This document shows, in pieces, positions 10,283 to 20,443 of a DNA stretch of 64,000 nt. Under the pieces are notes generated by a model. That model ran no database searches, was not told where the DNA came from, and was given only the letters and a program-made list of their open reading frames with translations. A program made the translations under genes and the position numbers. Numbering within the stretch: the stretch's first letter is position 1; each line of letters begins with the position of its first letter. The stretch is taken from sequence record NC_048821.1; one strand, written 5' to 3'.

Positions 10283-10568
10283 ACCTTACTTCGATATAGT
10301 GAGCTTCAAAAGTTGGTTAGATGGTTGGTTTGCAACAAACCCTGAACCATCTAAACACGAAACTTACCCAACGTTAGTGGAGCACTACTCTGGGGCTTTT
10401 GGGAAAGCCATGCTTAAGCAGCTTCGTTCTTACGAAGACGTTGACAGTCGTTGGTTACACGACGCTTATGGGTTAACGTTTAGGCGGGATGAAAACCGAG
10501 AGTGGGTGGTGGGGTTTAACGAACTCGTTTGGGAGTTCCTTAATTCCTCTAGAAAGACATACATGTAA
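10272..10568 (+). CDS. Hypothetical protein (98 aa)
   Basis: ORF overlapping the previous stop; AAGGAG SD. Confidence 0.7.
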   Translation: MSHKPYFDIVSFKSWLDGWFATNPEPSKHETYPTLVEHYSGAFGKAMLKQLRSYEDVDSRWLHDAYGLTFRRDENREWVVGFNELVWEFLNSSRKTYM

Positions 10569-10624
10569 AATATAATCCGGGGGTCCATTGATAGGACCTC
10601 CTACTTTTATTAAGGGTTTATACC

Positions 10625-11137
10625 ATGCAGCAACCTGATATGAGACCAGCCATTGGTTTGTTCCTAACTTTGTACGGAGCGTTAAAGCGTTTTCGTGACA
10701 AAGAACCATCTATGAAAGAGTTATCTCAAGAATACAAAGACAATCGTTTCTGTAAAGAGCTAGTCAATTGTTTTGACCCGGCTTCTTACCGATTTAGTGT
10801 GTTCGACATCACTCTGGATTATTGGTACCACACCGATCTCAATAAAGAGATCGCATTAATCACCATTCGTGATGAGGGACAAGGTAATCACATGAATACC
10901 ATATCCCTAGATATCTCTGACCCCAATGTCACCTTAGAGGAACTGTGGTGTAACCTACTACACATCCTTGCTTTCCGTTACCCTGATACATTAACACGTA
11001 TTGCGGAATCCGGGAACGACATCCTGGAAAACTTCACCTTAAGTGAAACTTACGTACTCGGTGGTAAGCATCGTTTCAAAGAACCATTGCAAGAACTGTA
11101 CATTTCCCTAACCACTCCACTTTTAGATAACGAGTAA
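10625..11137 (+). CDS. Hypothetical protein (170 aa)
   Basis: ORF in an operon-like run. Confidence 0.7.
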   Translation: MQQPDMRPAIGLFLTLYGALKRFRDKEPSMKELSQEYKDNRFCKELVNCFDPASYRFSVFDITLDYWYHTDLNKEIALITIRDEGQGNHMNTISLDISDPNVTLEELWCNLLHILAFRYPDTLTRIAESGNDILENFTLSETYVLGGKHRFKEPLQELYISLTTPLLDNE

Positions 11138-11142
11138 TCGAC

Positions 11143-11922
11143 ATGAAAAAATTTAACATTGAATTGAACAAACAGATTCACCACGCAAGCGAAACCATTA
11201 CGGTACATCCGTCATGGCGCGATCTGGGTCCGTTAGAAGACCGTCACGAACTACACGGTACTTTATATATCAATGACGAAGTGGTGGCCGAAGGGTTTAA
11301 TATTGATGACGTGTCTTACACGATCCCTGAAGAAATGAACCTCAACAATGAAGATTACCGCATTAAGTTAATCATTCATCGAAACTACGATGTGTTCCTT
11401 GAATCCCATGAAGCGTGGCTTCGAACTGATACTCGATTAAGTGCTGAGATCAGTGACATGAATTTGAAGACTCGTGGTATGGAGTTCTTTGCAACTTTCA
11501 TCCAAGCACTCGCTTTAATGGCTCTTCGTTTAGATCGTGACGTAGAGCACCCAAGTGAGCGATATAAGTTGTTTGCCTGGGAGATTGGTCCTTGGTTCTT
11601 TGAACTTTATTGGTGTGTAGAGCGTAAAGCTTACGACCTCACTTATTGTCCTGCGAACGACATCGAGAACATTACTGCCATTGAAATAAAGTCTTCTGAG
11701 CACGTTGCGATCGGAGCAGCCTTATTGCCATTATTGGATTCTCCAGTAAAAGCTTGGGTTCTGCATCCTAACTTCCGTAAAGCAGTTATCGAAGAACCTC
11801 TGGGTAATAACTTAATGTATCATTACACTTTCCTTATGGCTCTAGCGAGTGCGAATAATCCTATCGCTAGTTTACCTAACGGAATCCGTGTTATCACCAG
11901 TATGGCTAGAAAGGTGAAATAA
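11143..11922 (+). CDS. Hypothetical protein (259 aa), beta-rich N-terminal domain
   Basis: ORF; stop overlaps the next start (TAATG). Confidence 0.75.
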   Translation: MKKFNIELNKQIHHASETITVHPSWRDLGPLEDRHELHGTLYINDEVVAEGFNIDDVSYTIPEEMNLNNEDYRIKLIIHRNYDVFLESHEAWLRTDTRLSAEISDMNLKTRGMEFFATFIQALALMALRLDRDVEHPSERYKLFAWEIGPWFFELYWCVERKAYDLTYCPANDIENITAIEIKSSEHVAIGAALLPLLDSPVKAWVLHPNFRKAVIEEPLGNNLMYHYTFLMALASANNPIASLPNGIRVITSMARKVK

Positions 11923-12596
11923 TGTTGATCAAAATTAATAAACCCCGGGTAATGCCCGGGGACTACATCCGAATAGAAACCACGCATTTTAAACACAGAC
12001 CCAATGTTACTTTAAATGCAGACTTGACTAACCGGAATACCGGAACTACACGAGCGGTTTACATCGCTAATTATCGTGTGGAAGATGGTTACGTGTCTTT
12101 CCTTGACACTAAAGGGTTAGAAACAGGTGATTATGACATAGTGGTTTGGCAGCGTGGTAATTACGGTAATCGAGCTGAAGCTAAATTCTCCATAGCTGAC
12201 GAAGCAATCCAAGATTATAAATTGCAGGCGCAAGTCAAAACGTTCCACTGGATACTGTGGAAGTGGTTAGAGTCCATTGACATCTACTCGTCTCCGGTTA
12301 AACTCCACGAACTGAATTTCTTGCCGGATGCGGAAGCTAAGACGTTGGGGATTAGTTTAGCTAAGAAGACTGGGTTGGTTAATATTAAAGTGGAAAACTT
12401 TAATGAGGACTTTGAAACTTTGTGCCGTATGTTGTCGGTCTACTATCCTACTATTGACGAGGTGATTCCAATGGACGACATGATAGACCTTCGCTGCCAC
12501 TTAGTTAACTTGGGTCAACTCAAGTATGACTTGGAAATCAATGCCCATCGCCTCACCAGCTTATTTCCACGAACCTTAACACTTTATACCAATTAA
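11922..12596 (+). CDS. Protein with N-terminal Ig-like domain (224 aa)
   Basis: KPRVMPGDYIRI...LDTKGLETGDYDIVV Ig-type pattern. Confidence 0.65.
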   Translation: MLIKINKPRVMPGDYIRIETTHFKHRPNVTLNADLTNRNTGTTRAVYIANYRVEDGYVSFLDTKGLETGDYDIVVWQRGNYGNRAEAKFSIADEAIQDYKLQAQVKTFHWILWKWLESIDIYSSPVKLHELNFLPDAEAKTLGISLAKKTGLVNIKVENFNEDFETLCRMLSVYYPTIDEVIPMDDMIDLRCHLVNLGQLKYDLEINAHRLTSLFPRTLTLYTN

Positions 12597-12607
12597 AGGA
12601 GTTTGAT

Positions 12608-13225
12608 GTGTTAATTAAGAAAATTGATAACACTGTCGCTTTACCTAGCGTTCAAGACGGTTACCGTCGCGGTATGATTATGCGTCATCAGGAAGAGCAA
12701 GGTACATTTCTGAGCATCACTATGATAGCGGGTCCGGGTACTCCGTTATTCCATTTAAGTAATGTGGTATGTGGTAACCCTGAAGAAGCGCTAGCTCAAT
12801 TAACTGCAATCGACCGAGATTATCGTACCGCAGAAGTGTACGGTGACTTCACACCAGAAGTAGTGAGCTACCTGAGGAAACATAATTACTATGTTAATCT
12901 GATTCCTTACCCACTGTTTCAAATGATCAAGGAACTCAAGATCCACCGAGTATATGACGTAGATGATTTAGAGTTCCAAGATCATGTCAAAATAGGTACG
13001 GTCTTTGAGTCTGATTCAGAATTGACTTATCAACAATCGGGAGACGCTTATGATAGTGTGGACGCGGTGTTGGTTAGTATCGAACCCATCAATACCTTTG
13101 AACGTTTGATGGCGGTGCTTAAACTCATTTCTACGAAAGTTAAGAAAGCCAACGTTTACATCCAGTGTGGGAATGGACTCTCCAAATTGATGACCGAAAA
13201 AGGAATGGTCCATCATGTCTATTGA
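12608..13225 (+). CDS. Hypothetical protein (205 aa)
   Basis: GTG start with AAGGAG SD. Confidence 0.7.
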   Translation: MLIKKIDNTVALPSVQDGYRRGMIMRHQEEQGTFLSITMIAGPGTPLFHLSNVVCGNPEEALAQLTAIDRDYRTAEVYGDFTPEVVSYLRKHNYYVNLIPYPLFQMIKELKIHRVYDVDDLEFQDHVKIGTVFESDSELTYQQSGDAYDSVDAVLVSIEPINTFERLMAVLKLISTKVKKANVYIQCGNGLSKLMTEKGMVHHVY

Positions 13226-13544
13226 GTTGAATCTGTGGGGTTACGATGAACTCGACCCTGAAGATTATCGTGCAGTAAGAGATCTTGACAGTCGTCACTA
13301 TGTTTATTGTCAGATCGAATACGACACGCATTCTGAAGAAAGTCATTTCTTTGGAGATACTTTTGATCACCATGTTCCAGTTATTGTCTTACGTCAACTA
13401 AGTGGTGAAGTGTTACTATCCCACATTCGTAAGTTAGAAACGTTGGATCGCAATCGTATCATAGTCTTCGTCCCTCAATACCAAGAGATGTTAGATGTTT
13501 TAGCAGATCATGGTTATGAAGTAAAACCAGCGGCTGGTGAATAA
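13215..13544 (+). CDS. Hypothetical protein (109 aa)
   Basis: Overlaps the previous stop; AAGGA SD. Confidence 0.7.
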   Translation: MSIELNLWGYDELDPEDYRAVRDLDSRHYVYCQIEYDTHSEESHFFGDTFDHHVPVIVLRQLSGEVLLSHIRKLETLDRNRIIVFVPQYQEMLDVLADHGYEVKPAAGE

Positions 13545-13552
13545 TAAAGGTA

Positions 13553-13585
13553 AGTACTCTCCTCCCATTACGGGAGGAGAGTACT
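13553..13585. terminator. Probable bidirectional terminator
   Basis: 14-bp stem AGTACTCTCCTCCC/GGGAGGAGAGTACT between convergent genes. Confidence 0.8.
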
Positions 13586-13606
13586 ATTATACCTGTTTTT
13601 TTTTTC

Positions 13607-14242
13607 TTAACTCTGAAGATTACGGAGTTGTTCTTCTAACACTGCGATGTATTTACGGTCAGCAATTTGTTCCGCCTCTAATTGCTTAACACGGATAGCA
13701 TCAGAGGGGTTCTTAGTGATAGCCGCTCGTCGAGTGTTTTCAAATACTTCGTTTTGTTCTTTAGAAACGTAAGTCTTAGTAGGGACGGTTCCTAAATGCA
13801 CTTCAGGGTCCTCAATACCCGTAATAGACGAAGTTTGATCTTTCAAGTAAGTCTGGAAAGTTTTTAACTCATCTTTTAAGGTAGGAGGTACAGCACCCAG
13901 ATCCACAATAAAACAGAGTCGCTCATAAATGACACCGTCAATCAGAGGGAAAGATTTAAAGTAGATGGAAGGGATGTGTAGGGTTGGGAGCCCAGGAGCG
14001 ATCAACGTCACAACAGCGCCGTCAGCTTGATCCAGTTGATCCATTAATGAAGCGGATTCTTCCGAAGTCATTCCTACGGGTTCACCTACTAATAAGTGGG
14101 TGTTAACCTTGGCAATGTTCAATTCATCTACGGTACGAATTGCTTCAACCGTATACATGTATTTGGGATCACATATTTGATCAAAAGGTGCTAAAGCAAC
14201 GAACGACCCACTGGCTCCAATTTGTGGGATGACGTTATTCAT
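13607..14242 (-). CDS. Probable conserved jumbo-phage virion protein (211 aa)
   Basis: ORF coupled to the 442-aa gene; position in the phiKZ-like core (recalled synteny). Confidence 0.55.
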   Translation of the reverse strand: MNNVIPQIGASGSFVALAPFDQICDPKYMYTVEAIRTVDELNIAKVNTHLLVGEPVGMTSEESASLMDQLDQADGAVVTLIAPGLPTLHIPSIYFKSFPLIDGVIYERLCFIVDLGAVPPTLKDELKTFQTYLKDQTSSITGIEDPEVHLGTVPTKTYVSKEQNEVFENTRRAAITKNPSDAIRVKQLEAEQIADRKYIAVLEEQLRNLQS

Positions 14243-15563
14243 TAATTACCCCGTCTTGTTTCATTTGCCACATGGTAGGACACAGGTAGTTGACTTTGTC
14301 AATGCGCTTAGTAACATATAGTAAACCATGACGTTCCAAGCGTTTAATCCCCGCTGGAGGAATGCCGTCAGGACGTACTACTTCAGCCGCAGACAAAAGA
14401 GATTCCATCTGTTTTACGAAGTGGTAGGTGTCTGGTTCAACACGACCGTTGTCCACGTCAATCGTACTTAAGATCTGATAATCTGGAACGACTTGTTTGA
14501 TCTTAATTTTCTCACCGTAGTTGTTTGGCTTAGCCACAAACGCCACTAAAGTGTTATTATACATGAACGGTACAGTTTGCAAGGATTTTATGAGGTCCTC
14601 GTTATTAACAGAAGGACAATACTTGGTGGGTAAGGCGAGTAAGGTTTCGTAATCACCGATAGGGGAGTACGTCGACGCTCTCTTAGTCTCGTTCGTGACA
14701 CCGACAGTGTTCCAATAAGGAACACAAGTAAACTCTAGTGGATTGAACAAATCAGGTAGGTGAGGTTCCCAAGTTGTTTCGCCGCTATCCGAGTTCGCTA
14801 GGATAGTGTCTTTAATGACTTCGTATATCTGTTCATCAGCGTCAGTGGCATTGCCATAAATGATGACAGTGAAGAATAGAGGAACGGTAACACCATTCGT
14901 GGTGTCCAGGAATTCAAACTTCACTGGCTTTCGTGCAGTGTACGGGTATTTCTGATCTGCGGTCAGTTCGTTAACGCGTCCCTGAATGCGATCGGCAGTT
15001 TCTTGTTGTAAACGCTCTTCTATTTCTAGATGATTGTGTACCAATAAGAAATCCATTTCTTCAGGAGGTAGAGGTAGCGCTACCAGGACCTCACGGTATG
15101 GGTAGCCGGATTCAAAGTGACCGGTTGCGTACCATACTCGAGCTGTTACCGGATCCGTAGTAGGGAAAGTCATCTCTACAAAAGACGGTAGGTAAATAAC
15201 GCTATTCGTTACCATTTCACCGACGCTAACAATTTCAATATCTTTTGTGAACGTGGCTCGGAGCTGTTGCAGGCACTCTTGGGCGTTTTGGCTCAAGTTG
15301 CCTTTCTTACCTTGGTCTAATAACCACGCGGTAATTTCGTTTTGACGATCAATCAGGTCGGGGTCTAGATAGACTTCTTCGCCTAATTGATTTTTGGAAT
15401 AGAAGTTGACCAAACTAGTGGTCCCGTCTTTACTTGGGTAAAAGTTTGGGTCCTTACTAAAGGTCATTTCCTGAGAGGTGAGTTCACCAATCGGGGACGT
15501 CACCAAAGGGTGTCGATCATGGAGTTCCGGAATACTTCCGAACGATAAGAAATTAACAGGCAT
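14235..15563 (-). CDS. Probable conserved jumbo-phage virion structural protein (442 aa)
   Basis: SPIGELT/FNPLEF..VPYW segments reminiscent of phiKZ-family virion proteins. Confidence 0.55.
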   Translation of the reverse strand: MPVNFLSFGSIPELHDRHPLVTSPIGELTSQEMTFSKDPNFYPSKDGTTSLVNFYSKNQLGEEVYLDPDLIDRQNEITAWLLDQGKKGNLSQNAQECLQQLRATFTKDIEIVSVGEMVTNSVIYLPSFVEMTFPTTDPVTARVWYATGHFESGYPYREVLVALPLPPEEMDFLLVHNHLEIEERLQQETADRIQGRVNELTADQKYPYTARKPVKFEFLDTTNGVTVPLFFTVIIYGNATDADEQIYEVIKDTILANSDSGETTWEPHLPDLFNPLEFTCVPYWNTVGVTNETKRASTYSPIGDYETLLALPTKYCPSVNNEDLIKSLQTVPFMYNNTLVAFVAKPNNYGEKIKIKQVVPDYQILSTIDVDNGRVEPDTYHFVKQMESLLSAAEVVRPDGIPPAGIKRLERHGLLYVTKRIDKVNYLCPTMWQMKQDGVINE

Positions 15564-15594
15564 AATAGTTTCCCACTAATAAAAACAATAAGGT

Positions 15595-16035
15595 GTGTTA
15601 GCGATGCAGATAGTTCTACAAGAACTGGCGGACCGTATCATAGAATCTGTGGTCCCGAAGGTTCAAGGAGAGACATACGGAGAAAAGATAAGGGTAGTTC
15701 TAAGGTGGACAATCTTCTACGCAACCATCGTGACGTGGCTGCTGTTTGGCTTAGGCATTCAGTATACTCACACGTTGTTGAAGAAGCAAGAATGGAAGGA
15801 AACCAGTGCGGTTATCCAACAAATCTTTGCAGTGGAGGACAACCCGTTAAAGTCATTCGTGACCATTAACCGGGGTTTGACCGCTCGATTAGAAACTATC
15901 CAAGACGAACACATCACAATTTTAAAAGAACGTGCAGTATTGGCTAGAGATAATGAAAGGTTAACTCGTGAAAATATTCAGCTTAAACGTTTGATCGATT
16001 CGAAACAGTGTTCTATTCAGAATGAAAATAAATAA
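15595..16035 (+). CDS. Single-pass membrane protein with C-terminal coiled coil
   Basis: Hydrophobic WTIFYATIVTWLLFGLGIQY then heptad-rich tail. Confidence 0.7.
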   Translation: MLAMQIVLQELADRIIESVVPKVQGETYGEKIRVVLRWTIFYATIVTWLLFGLGIQYTHTLLKKQEWKETSAVIQQIFAVEDNPLKSFVTINRGLTARLETIQDEHITILKERAVLARDNERLTRENIQLKRLIDSKQCSIQNENK

Positions 16036-16040
16036 GACCA

Positions 16041-16072
16041 TACTAGCCTGTTCCTTAGGGGACAGGTTAGTA
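16041..16072 (+). terminator. Hairpin/terminator
   Basis: 14-bp stem (two G-U pairs), loop TTAG. Confidence 0.6.
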
Positions 16073-16127
16073 TATTTCCACACAGGTGCAGATTTATAGG
16101 TTATCAATATAAACTAGTGGTATCAGA

Positions 16128-17660
16128 ATGACAACACTTAAAAAGAACATGGTGGTATATATCGGAGCTGGAACCACCACCTTCAAAAAGACGCGTCGTA
16201 CACCGGAACGTAAACAGTTCTATACGGCGTTGCACGGGTATACGTATAACCCGGAAGTCGAAGGTAAGAAGCAGCTCAAGAAAAACGTCCCAGCGACCAT
16301 GGGTTATTGGACGAGCTCTACCACTTCATCAGGGATTGTTGTTAACCAACAAGATATCATCGCTGGTTACTCTTCTTCAAGGGACGACGAATGCGAAGCC
16401 TGGGTGAGTTTATTAGAACAACTTCAAAATTACATTAGCTCCATCACTAAGGAAGTTGTAATTGAGAAGAAAGAGGAAGTGGAATACGATGTAGAGTGGA
16501 CACGAATTTTGTTCATTCCAGATTCACCTTTCTTTTATCGTGTTATGGAGATGACTGAAGGTCGTAAAGGCAAGTGTGATGATGTTCTCTTCAAACGTAT
16601 CAAGGTGGTTCAGGATTTCTTCAAACCTTACATGCCGGTTACTAAAAATGTAGACGTTAAAGTTGCATTCGTAAAGGGTGGTTTGGGGGCAAAGCGTCTA
16701 GGTGAAGAAATGGGGCTGGCGGATGTCATGACCTTATGGGGTGACCACCCAGAATGTTACGTCACTGCAACTCCTCTGAAAGAGTACGAAAACCCAGAAA
16801 CTGGTCTACCTAAAATCATCAGTGGTAACCGTTGGTATTTCCGTACCGGTAAAGGTACCGACTATTGGGATGAGATTGAGGGTTATCGTCGTTACCAGTT
16901 CGGTAAGGTGGAGAAAGGCAAACATTACTATGGCAAATTAACACCTGACGTGACCTACAGTGCTTTGTTTGTAAAAGAACCTATCCCATACTTCGATAAG
17001 TTGTTTAACTTCACTGAGGAACGTACAGACAACCCTCGTGAGTTAATGTGTACTGGTAACATGCAGTGCGTAACCAGTAAAGGGGTGGCTCGTCTCATCG
17101 ACAGTTATCCGGGGGTGAGAAAAGGTAAAGACTTAGTAGTGCCTTTTGTAGTGGGGACTAAGGAGGATCCAACCTTAGTTGAACTGATCGACCCACCAGG
17201 ACTGTCTTTCATGATTGTCGAGTCCATGGACCGTATTGACCTAACGTTCCGTTGCTGGAAGAACCGGGATGAGAACAATCGCTACGGGGAGTATCAGGAG
17301 TACTTCGACATTACTGACAAGTTCTTCGTTAAAGAGGCGAACAAAAAAGGTGACATTAAGTTAAAGTTGAATCCAGCCTTTAAACCTAGTGAAGCCATCA
17401 TTCGCCACACAGCACAACACCCTAAAGCGGTATGTCCTGTTCCTATCATGTTAAGCATTGGGTATGATGTTCCAGAACGAAACTGTTTTAACTCGATTAC
17501 GGACCCGGAAGTTAAAGTGTGGTTAAACTTGGATTACAGCAACGACCGTTGTTTGATCTATCGTACTATCATTGAAACTTCTGATTGGATTTACGTCTTT
17601 ACTTCGGCGTCGGCAAACGTTCGTGTATTGAATAAGAAAGAATTGGGTGAAAGTAAATAA
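16128..17660 (+). CDS. RNase H-like protein of phiKZ-like phages
   Basis: Size 510 aa, DS and LAD motifs, GNRWYF segment, position near UvsX. Confidence 0.55.
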   Translation: MTTLKKNMVVYIGAGTTTFKKTRRTPERKQFYTALHGYTYNPEVEGKKQLKKNVPATMGYWTSSTTSSGIVVNQQDIIAGYSSSRDDECEAWVSLLEQLQNYISSITKEVVIEKKEEVEYDVEWTRILFIPDSPFFYRVMEMTEGRKGKCDDVLFKRIKVVQDFFKPYMPVTKNVDVKVAFVKGGLGAKRLGEEMGLADVMTLWGDHPECYVTATPLKEYENPETGLPKIISGNRWYFRTGKGTDYWDEIEGYRRYQFGKVEKGKHYYGKLTPDVTYSALFVKEPIPYFDKLFNFTEERTDNPRELMCTGNMQCVTSKGVARLIDSYPGVRKGKDLVVPFVVGTKEDPTLVELIDPPGLSFMIVESMDRIDLTFRCWKNRDENNRYGEYQEYFDITDKFFVKEANKKGDIKLKLNPAFKPSEAIIRHTAQHPKAVCPVPIMLSIGYDVPERNCFNSITDPEVKVWLNLDYSNDRCLIYRTIIETSDWIYVFTSASANVRVLNKKELGESK

Positions 17661-17664
17661 GACG

Positions 17665-17695
17665 GAGGTAGGGTTCCCCCTACCTCTTCTTTTTT
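17665..17695 (+). terminator. Intrinsic terminator
   Basis: GAGGTAGGG-TTCC-CCCTACCTC then T-tract. Confidence 0.75.
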
Positions 17696-17710
17696 GTTTA
17701 TTGGTTATTT

Positions 17711-18562
17711 TTACCAAGACTCAACTGCATCACAATGTGCTTTAAGTACCGCAGACAATTCGTTTAACAGACCAACTACCGCTCCCGTTACGTTCATGTA
17801 ACGCTCGAATTCATCAAAGGTTTGTTTGAACTGATTGATCTCTCGTTCATCCAACACAATGTCGTTAGACAAAATTCGGTCTAATACCAGATCACCTAAC
17901 TCCGCATTGAGTTTAAGCTGGCGAGCGACGATTTCCACGTCTCGTGCTTTAACTAATTTAACACGTAGGTTAAAATCGTTAATCAAACCAAACATCTTAT
18001 CAAAAGAAGGGTATAAGTTTTCCAGTGGTTGAGTCATGGAACGTTTTGAGTCACCCAGTGTCTTGATGAATTTATCTAGATCATCAATCTGACGCGCTGT
18101 CCCAGAGATCGTATGACGGTAAGTGCCTCCCACCTTCCCCTTGGCTGCGATTTCTTTTAACCAGTCGTAGAAACGAGCTGAATCAGTTTTGAAACCATCT
18201 AATAAAGAAACACCTTGGGTGCACATCTTAACGTATGCGTCCCACGCCATCTTACGGTTATCGTAGTGCACAGGGATTGGTAGTTCACTTTCTGCTTTAG
18301 ATAGGTAGCTAAGTTTCTTTGCTTTACCTTGAGCTTTGCGATAATCGACCGTATGAATCGAAGAAGAAATGGCAGAAATCTTACGGTCTAGGTCCAAAGA
18401 CAAATTCTTTAGACGTAAACGGAATCCTTCAACAGGAGTTAAAAATTTAGGGATACCGAATGCTTCATTTCCGTCTACTCGCCCTTCCGATAGTAGACGT
18501 TCCAAGTAATAATTTTCCATGACTGTAATGCCTTTATATAGGTTAACTAACATAAAATTCAA
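17711..18562 (-). CDS. Probable virion protein, helical (about 270-283 aa)
   Basis: ORF between RNase H-like and UvsX genes as in the phiKZ-like core. Confidence 0.6.
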   Translation of the reverse strand: MNFMLVNLYKGITVMENYYLERLLSEGRVDGNEAFGIPKFLTPVEGFRLRLKNLSLDLDRKISAISSSIHTVDYRKAQGKAKKLSYLSKAESELPIPVHYDNRKMAWDAYVKMCTQGVSLLDGFKTDSARFYDWLKEIAAKGKVGGTYRHTISGTARQIDDLDKFIKTLGDSKRSMTQPLENLYPSFDKMFGLINDFNLRVKLVKARDVEIVARQLKLNAELGDLVLDRILSNDIVLDEREINQFKQTFDEFERYMNVTGAVVGLLNELSAVLKAHCDAVESW

Positions 18563-18576
18563 AAACAGAGGTAAGT

Positions 18577-20010
18577 ATGTCCACCGCTTTTAATTTCATT
18601 AACAAAATCGAATCTTCAGAATCGATTCAGATTGGTCTAAACTTCTCTCCAATCTACGACATCAATAACGGACGCTTCTTTGTCGGTAAAGATGACTTAG
18701 CGTACTGTAACGGTGGCGTGACTCCAAACAACGCAATTGCGGGTGGCTCAAATACTCAGAAAACAGGTATGTTAATCTTGAGCTGTTTAAGCTTCCTACA
18801 ACGCATCCCGCAAGGCATTATCATTTACGGTGATACGGAGGCGACTCTGGACATCGGTCGCCTTTCAGAAGCCGTGGATGCACGCTTTGGTGAGCCGGGT
18901 TACTTTAACCGTGAAATCCTAGGTAAACGTTTCATCTATCTAAGTTCCAACGATGGTTACGACGGTACTCAACTGCACAACATCATCAAAGACGCGTACA
19001 AAGAATTCCAAGACTCTAAAACAGATAAAAGTCGTTATATTGAAACCCCGTTCTACGATAAGTCAGGTAAGTTGATTTCTATCTACACACCTATCATGGT
19101 TATCACCGATTCCCTAGGCGAGCTTCGATTCAATGAAGCGTCTGTCAAGTTCCAAGAAGGTGATGTGGATGAAGGCGGTAAGAAACGTACTCGTGATATG
19201 GAGTTTGGTAACTTAAAACGTATCGTGTTCGAAGATGCTCACCACTTAGGTGGAGTCGCCGGCCTTAAACTTTGGTGGGTAGGTCAAACTACCGACGTTA
19301 TCAACATGGATGGTAAGCCTCAAGAGAAACAATCAACCTTTATTCGTCAAGGTAAAAAGATTGCTAAGTGTCCTAAAGCTATCTTGCAACTTCCTGCACA
19401 AGGTTACGAAATCATTCGTGGTTCAGCACTTAAATCTGACCAGCAATGGATGTATCCTAACCCACTAGGTCGTGACGTCATCATTGACGCAGACGCCCGT
19501 GAAAACCCAGACTTGCTCTCTTACGCCTACACCATGTTCCGTAACAAAGGCGGGTCTTCTGGCATCAGTGGTACGTTCATTGGTTCTCAGTCAGACGGTA
19601 TTCAGGAAGGTCTGTCTATGTACCATGCTCTAAAGACAAATGGTTACTTTGGTCTAGACGGTTCTAAGATTTCTCACGAGTGTACATTCCTACCGGGAGT
19701 TAAGGTGGGACGCACTACGGTTCGTAGTGTTATTGCTAAGAACCATAAGTTCTACCGCGCCATTACATTGATGTATCACATCATGGTCATGCAACGCCAG
19801 TGGTTACGTCTACCGGACCATTACCGCATGACACCGGAAGAAATCTACAAAGCCATTAAAGAGAAAGGTTTTGATTGGGATGAGTTATTAGACTCAGTTG
19901 ACTTCTGGCACACAAACCCAGATATCGATAAACCAACTATTACGGCGATGCAAATCTTCCGCTTAGCCACTGGTGAATCAAAAGCCACTGGTCGTCCTGC
20001 CAAGAAATAA
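18577..20010 (+). CDS. uvsX: UvsX/RecA-like recombinase
   Basis: P-loop AGGSNTQKT, YGDTE, Walker B VITDS; GAGGT SD. Confidence 0.8.
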   Translation: MSTAFNFINKIESSESIQIGLNFSPIYDINNGRFFVGKDDLAYCNGGVTPNNAIAGGSNTQKTGMLILSCLSFLQRIPQGIIIYGDTEATLDIGRLSEAVDARFGEPGYFNREILGKRFIYLSSNDGYDGTQLHNIIKDAYKEFQDSKTDKSRYIETPFYDKSGKLISIYTPIMVITDSLGELRFNEASVKFQEGDVDEGGKKRTRDMEFGNLKRIVFEDAHHLGGVAGLKLWWVGQTTDVINMDGKPQEKQSTFIRQGKKIAKCPKAILQLPAQGYEIIRGSALKSDQQWMYPNPLGRDVIIDADARENPDLLSYAYTMFRNKGGSSGISGTFIGSQSDGIQEGLSMYHALKTNGYFGLDGSKISHECTFLPGVKVGRTTVRSVIAKNHKFYRAITLMYHIMVMQRQWLRLPDHYRMTPEEIYKAIKEKGFDWDELLDSVDFWHTNPDIDKPTITAMQIFRLATGESKATGRPAKK

Positions 20011-20076
20011 ACATTTAAATATTATGGGGTGGTAATTCACCCCATCTTTTTTTACAGAATTCGGAGAATAATAACA

Positions 20077-20442
20077 ATGTCAGTCAACACTAAAAACATC
20101 CTGGTCATTTGTGACTCTGGTTTTGGTAACTTATGCGCCGAACCTCAGGATTATCTCAGTCGTCTCAAGGGAGTAGTTAGCGACCGCACTAACAACGACT
20201 TTCAGTTTCACACAGTAAGTGGTAAATACGGCATTGGAGAATTGGATCAAGACGTTAAAGTCTTGGACATCGAAGATCGTAATAAGACTTCATTTGTGCA
20301 AACTATCGAAAACCTGGTCGATCAAACCAGTGAACTTATCATTATTTCCGTTGTGGATCACGATGCCCACATCGAAGCTTTGGCTTCAGCATTGAGTGAA
20401 CGTTGTATCACTATCCGCCGCTACAAATACGAGAGGAAGTAA
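20077..20442 (+). CDS. Hypothetical alpha/beta protein (121 aa)
   Basis: ATG at 20077 after GGAG SD. Confidence 0.65.
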   Translation: MSVNTKNILVICDSGFGNLCAEPQDYLSRLKGVVSDRTNNDFQFHTVSGKYGIGELDQDVKVLDIEDRNKTSFVQTIENLVDQTSELIIISVVDHDAHIEALASALSERCITIRRYKYERK

Positions 20443-20443
20443 C

